Shown here: piece after piece, positions 62,326 to 64,000 of the stretch
Layout of the letters: each line of letters opens with the position of its first letter
Position numbering within the stretch: position 1 is the first letter of the stretch
IMG/VR virus record: IMGVR_UViG_3300035491_000271
Location: 820 to 64,819 of that record
Length of the DNA: 64,000 bases
Reading direction: 5' to 3' (one strand)
Source of the DNA: a virus
Translations under genes and position numbers: made by a program
The notes under the pieces: generated by a model
The model's input: only the letters and a program-made list of their open reading frames with translations
Told to the model about the DNA's origin: nothing
The model's database searches: none

Positions 62326-62719
62326 CGGATATTCTCACTATGACACTGTCATCAGCCGGATCATAGCTGAGCAATTCAGTGAGGAGGGAATCTACTTCAC
62401 GGTATCTGCTCAGCTGGTCGGCTAGGTCTTTGAAAAGAGCAGTTGCTAAGTCATAGGCTTCATCCACCTCGACCATCAACCGCACCATTGAAGCATGACC
62501 ACATCTGTGCCTGTCCATCCAATAACTGAGCACTTCACCATACTCTGCCGCGAGGTTGTTTTTAATCACCCCGCGTAGTGCACACGGAACAACCGCAAGC
62601 AGCAGATCAGGTTTTACACTTGAGAGCCACCCCTTTTCGCCGCGCAACATGAGTGTCAAGGGCAGTTGGGGACGCTCCCATGGCCAGCGGGACGATTTCG
62701 ACGCAGGCAATATTTGCAT
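62315..62719 (-). CDS. Hypothetical protein (small-ORF array member; start uncertain)
   Basis: Up to 134 aa, ends 'ELLSYDPADDSVIVRI'. Confidence 0.6.
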   Translation of the reverse strand: MQILPASKSSRWPWERPQLPLTLMLRGEKGWLSSVKPDLLLAVVPCALRGVIKNNLAAEYGEVLSYWMDRHRCGHASMVRLMVEVDEAYDLATALFKDLADQLSRYREVDSLLTELLSYDPADDSVIVRISDGW

Positions 62720-63041
62720 CTTCGTTTACCTCCAAGAGCCGCACAGACTCGCTTTGATCCACCAAGCGACTTGTCTGAGCAATCAGGCTTTCGGTAAGGT
62801 CCCACAGGATCTTACGGATAAAGAGACTTTCGACATCGCTCAACCGACCGTCTGTCAAGATAGACTGAGGGAATCGGTCTTCCCGCTGTGCGGTCAATGC
62901 ATCAGAAAGGTGGGCGAACAACTGATCGAGGCTCATGCCTGTGGCTTGCATCACATTATAGAGATTCTGCAAGAACTCGCCATTGGTTTCCAAACTGATG
63001 ATCGCGCGAATCTCGCGAGGCGGCAATGAAGAGGTCTTCAT
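62607..63041 (-). CDS. Hypothetical protein (small-ORF array member)
   Basis: Probable start MKTSSL (144 aa); contains 'VRLLEVNEDANIACVEI'. Confidence 0.55.
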   Translation of the reverse strand: MKTSSLPPREIRAIISLETNGEFLQNLYNVMQATGMSLDQLFAHLSDALTAQREDRFPQSILTDGRLSDVESLFIRKILWDLTESLIAQTSRLVDQSESVRLLEVNEDANIACVEIVPLAMGASPTALDTHVARRKGVALKCKT

Positions 63042-63387
63042 CTGATTCACGGTATCGGACAGCGATAAGCTGGTACGCACGCTTGGGGGTTTGGGGCGGT
63101 AGGTAACGCGTCGCCTCATAATCGGTTTCATAGTAACGCCTCAGATTAGTGATGATCTCGAAAAACGATGATTGGATATCGTCGAGCCACCAACGTAGCT
63201 GATCTTCAATATCGGGGTTGTTCTCTATGATATCGTCCATGTAATAACTGTCATCGAAGACAAAATACGCGATGGCAGCATAGAGCAAAGCCGAGGCGCC
63301 AATACATTCGGCCAGAGATTCACCGAACATATTGAACGCCTGCTTAAACGGTAAAGTCAAAGCGATTGAGCTGATTCCAGTCGACAA
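62956..63387 (-). CDS. Hypothetical protein (small-ORF array member)
   Basis: 143 aa with GGAGG SD; contains 'YQLIAVRYRESDEDLFI'. Confidence 0.6.
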   Translation of the reverse strand: MSTGISSIALTLPFKQAFNMFGESLAECIGASALLYAAIAYFVFDDSYYMDDIIENNPDIEDQLRWWLDDIQSSFFEIITNLRRYYETDYEATRYLPPQTPKRAYQLIAVRYRESDEDLFIAASRDSRDHQFGNQWRVLAESL

Positions 63388-63829
63388 CTTTTCTCACCTC
63401 CAATACCATCAATCCATCGCAGTACTCCACCGCCTTACAGGCCATGTTAAAGCTCTTCAGTACACTGCTGAAGACCGATCTGAGTTCGCGAGAGATTTGG
63501 TTAATGTCGGACATGTGTCGAAGGCGTCGATCCGGTGGAGTGCGCTCCATCCAACTACGGCCGGCCTGTGTGGTTAGCAGTTCCATTGACGAAAGTCCAC
63601 AATTGACCATGTCAATCATGGGTACCATGATCCCGATCTGACCGAGCCTACGGTAATGTCGCTTAAAAGTTCCGTGATCCATGGGCGACTCGACCATCAC
63701 GTACTTGACCGTACCGGGACCGGTATTGATCGTGCAGCGTGAAATCTTGTACGGCTCATAGGCCTGAGGATAACTCTTCGAAGGCTCGGCGTAAACGTTC
63801 GGGATAGTAATCACCTTGCGTCCGCGCAT
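63344..63829 (-). CDS. Hypothetical protein (small-ORF array member)
   Basis: Probable start MRGRKV with AAGGA SD (161 aa); contains 'CKAVEYCDGLMVLEV'. Confidence 0.6.
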   Translation of the reverse strand: MRGRKVITIPNVYAEPSKSYPQAYEPYKISRCTINTGPGTVKYVMVESPMDHGTFKRHYRRLGQIGIMVPMIDMVNCGLSSMELLTTQAGRSWMERTPPDRRLRHMSDINQISRELRSVFSSVLKSFNMACKAVEYCDGLMVLEVRKVVDWNQLNRFDFTV

Positions 63830-63998
63830 GTTGATACTCTTCCTTAATCCTGCTGACCGGGTCAGGCAGACGACGCAAACCGACATCGACTACAATCGTC
63901 TCATTACCCGCATCGTACGTCAGCGTCGCTATCTCAGCCGGCGAACGGGTAAACGAGTCGACTAACCCTAGAAAGGAAGCGACAATGTGGTCGATAGG
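63756..63998 (-). CDS. Partial ORF (5' end outside the window), small-ORF array member
   Basis: 81 open codons: ...EIATLTYDAGNETIVVDV...ELSSGL*. Confidence 0.5.
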   Translation of the reverse strand, partial: PIDHIVASFLGLVDSFTRSPAEIATLTYDAGNETIVVDVGLRRLPDPVSRIKEEYQHARTQGDYYPERLRRAFEELSSGL

Positions 63999-64000
63999 TG

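Noticed and set aside
1-64000. CRISPR array, rRNA, canonical tRNA genes, transposases
   Set aside because: No regularly spaced repeats or recognisable motifs were seen.

Overview
A 64 kb segment of a nucleus-forming jumbo phage genome (Chimalliviridae, phiKZ-like). The host cannot be fixed from the sequence alone. The segment runs opposite to the phiKZ gene numbering. Right to left it holds: a tandem array of small overlapping ORFs; the catalytic half of a split family-B DNA polymerase; chimallin; the non-virion RNA polymerase block (beta' N-part, sigma-like subunit, beta C-part, beta' C-part, all intron-free) with likely PicA and ChmC, an Mre11/SbcD nuclease and a free-standing HNH endonuclease; an SF2 helicase carrying a class-3-type intein; a 972 aa repeat protein; a virion RNAP beta' subunit; an accessory island; the exonuclease half of the DNA polymerase; and baseplate and internal head proteins. 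The most striking unexplained element is a ~700 nt ORF-free, heavily base-paired minus-strand region (about 22170-22865) that looks like a large ornate ncRNA. It contains a perfect four-way junction with a tRNA-type T-loop. It lies between a stand-alone terminase-like ATPase and a candidate anti-defence sponge gene, downstream of macrodomain and phosphatase genes. Other leads are a probable -1 frameshift joining two putative tail-assembly ORFs, a CATA...TATG-footed hairpin family, and a recurrent TACATTAT promoter motif. phiKZ gene equivalents come from motifs, size and synteny as I recall them; no database search was run.
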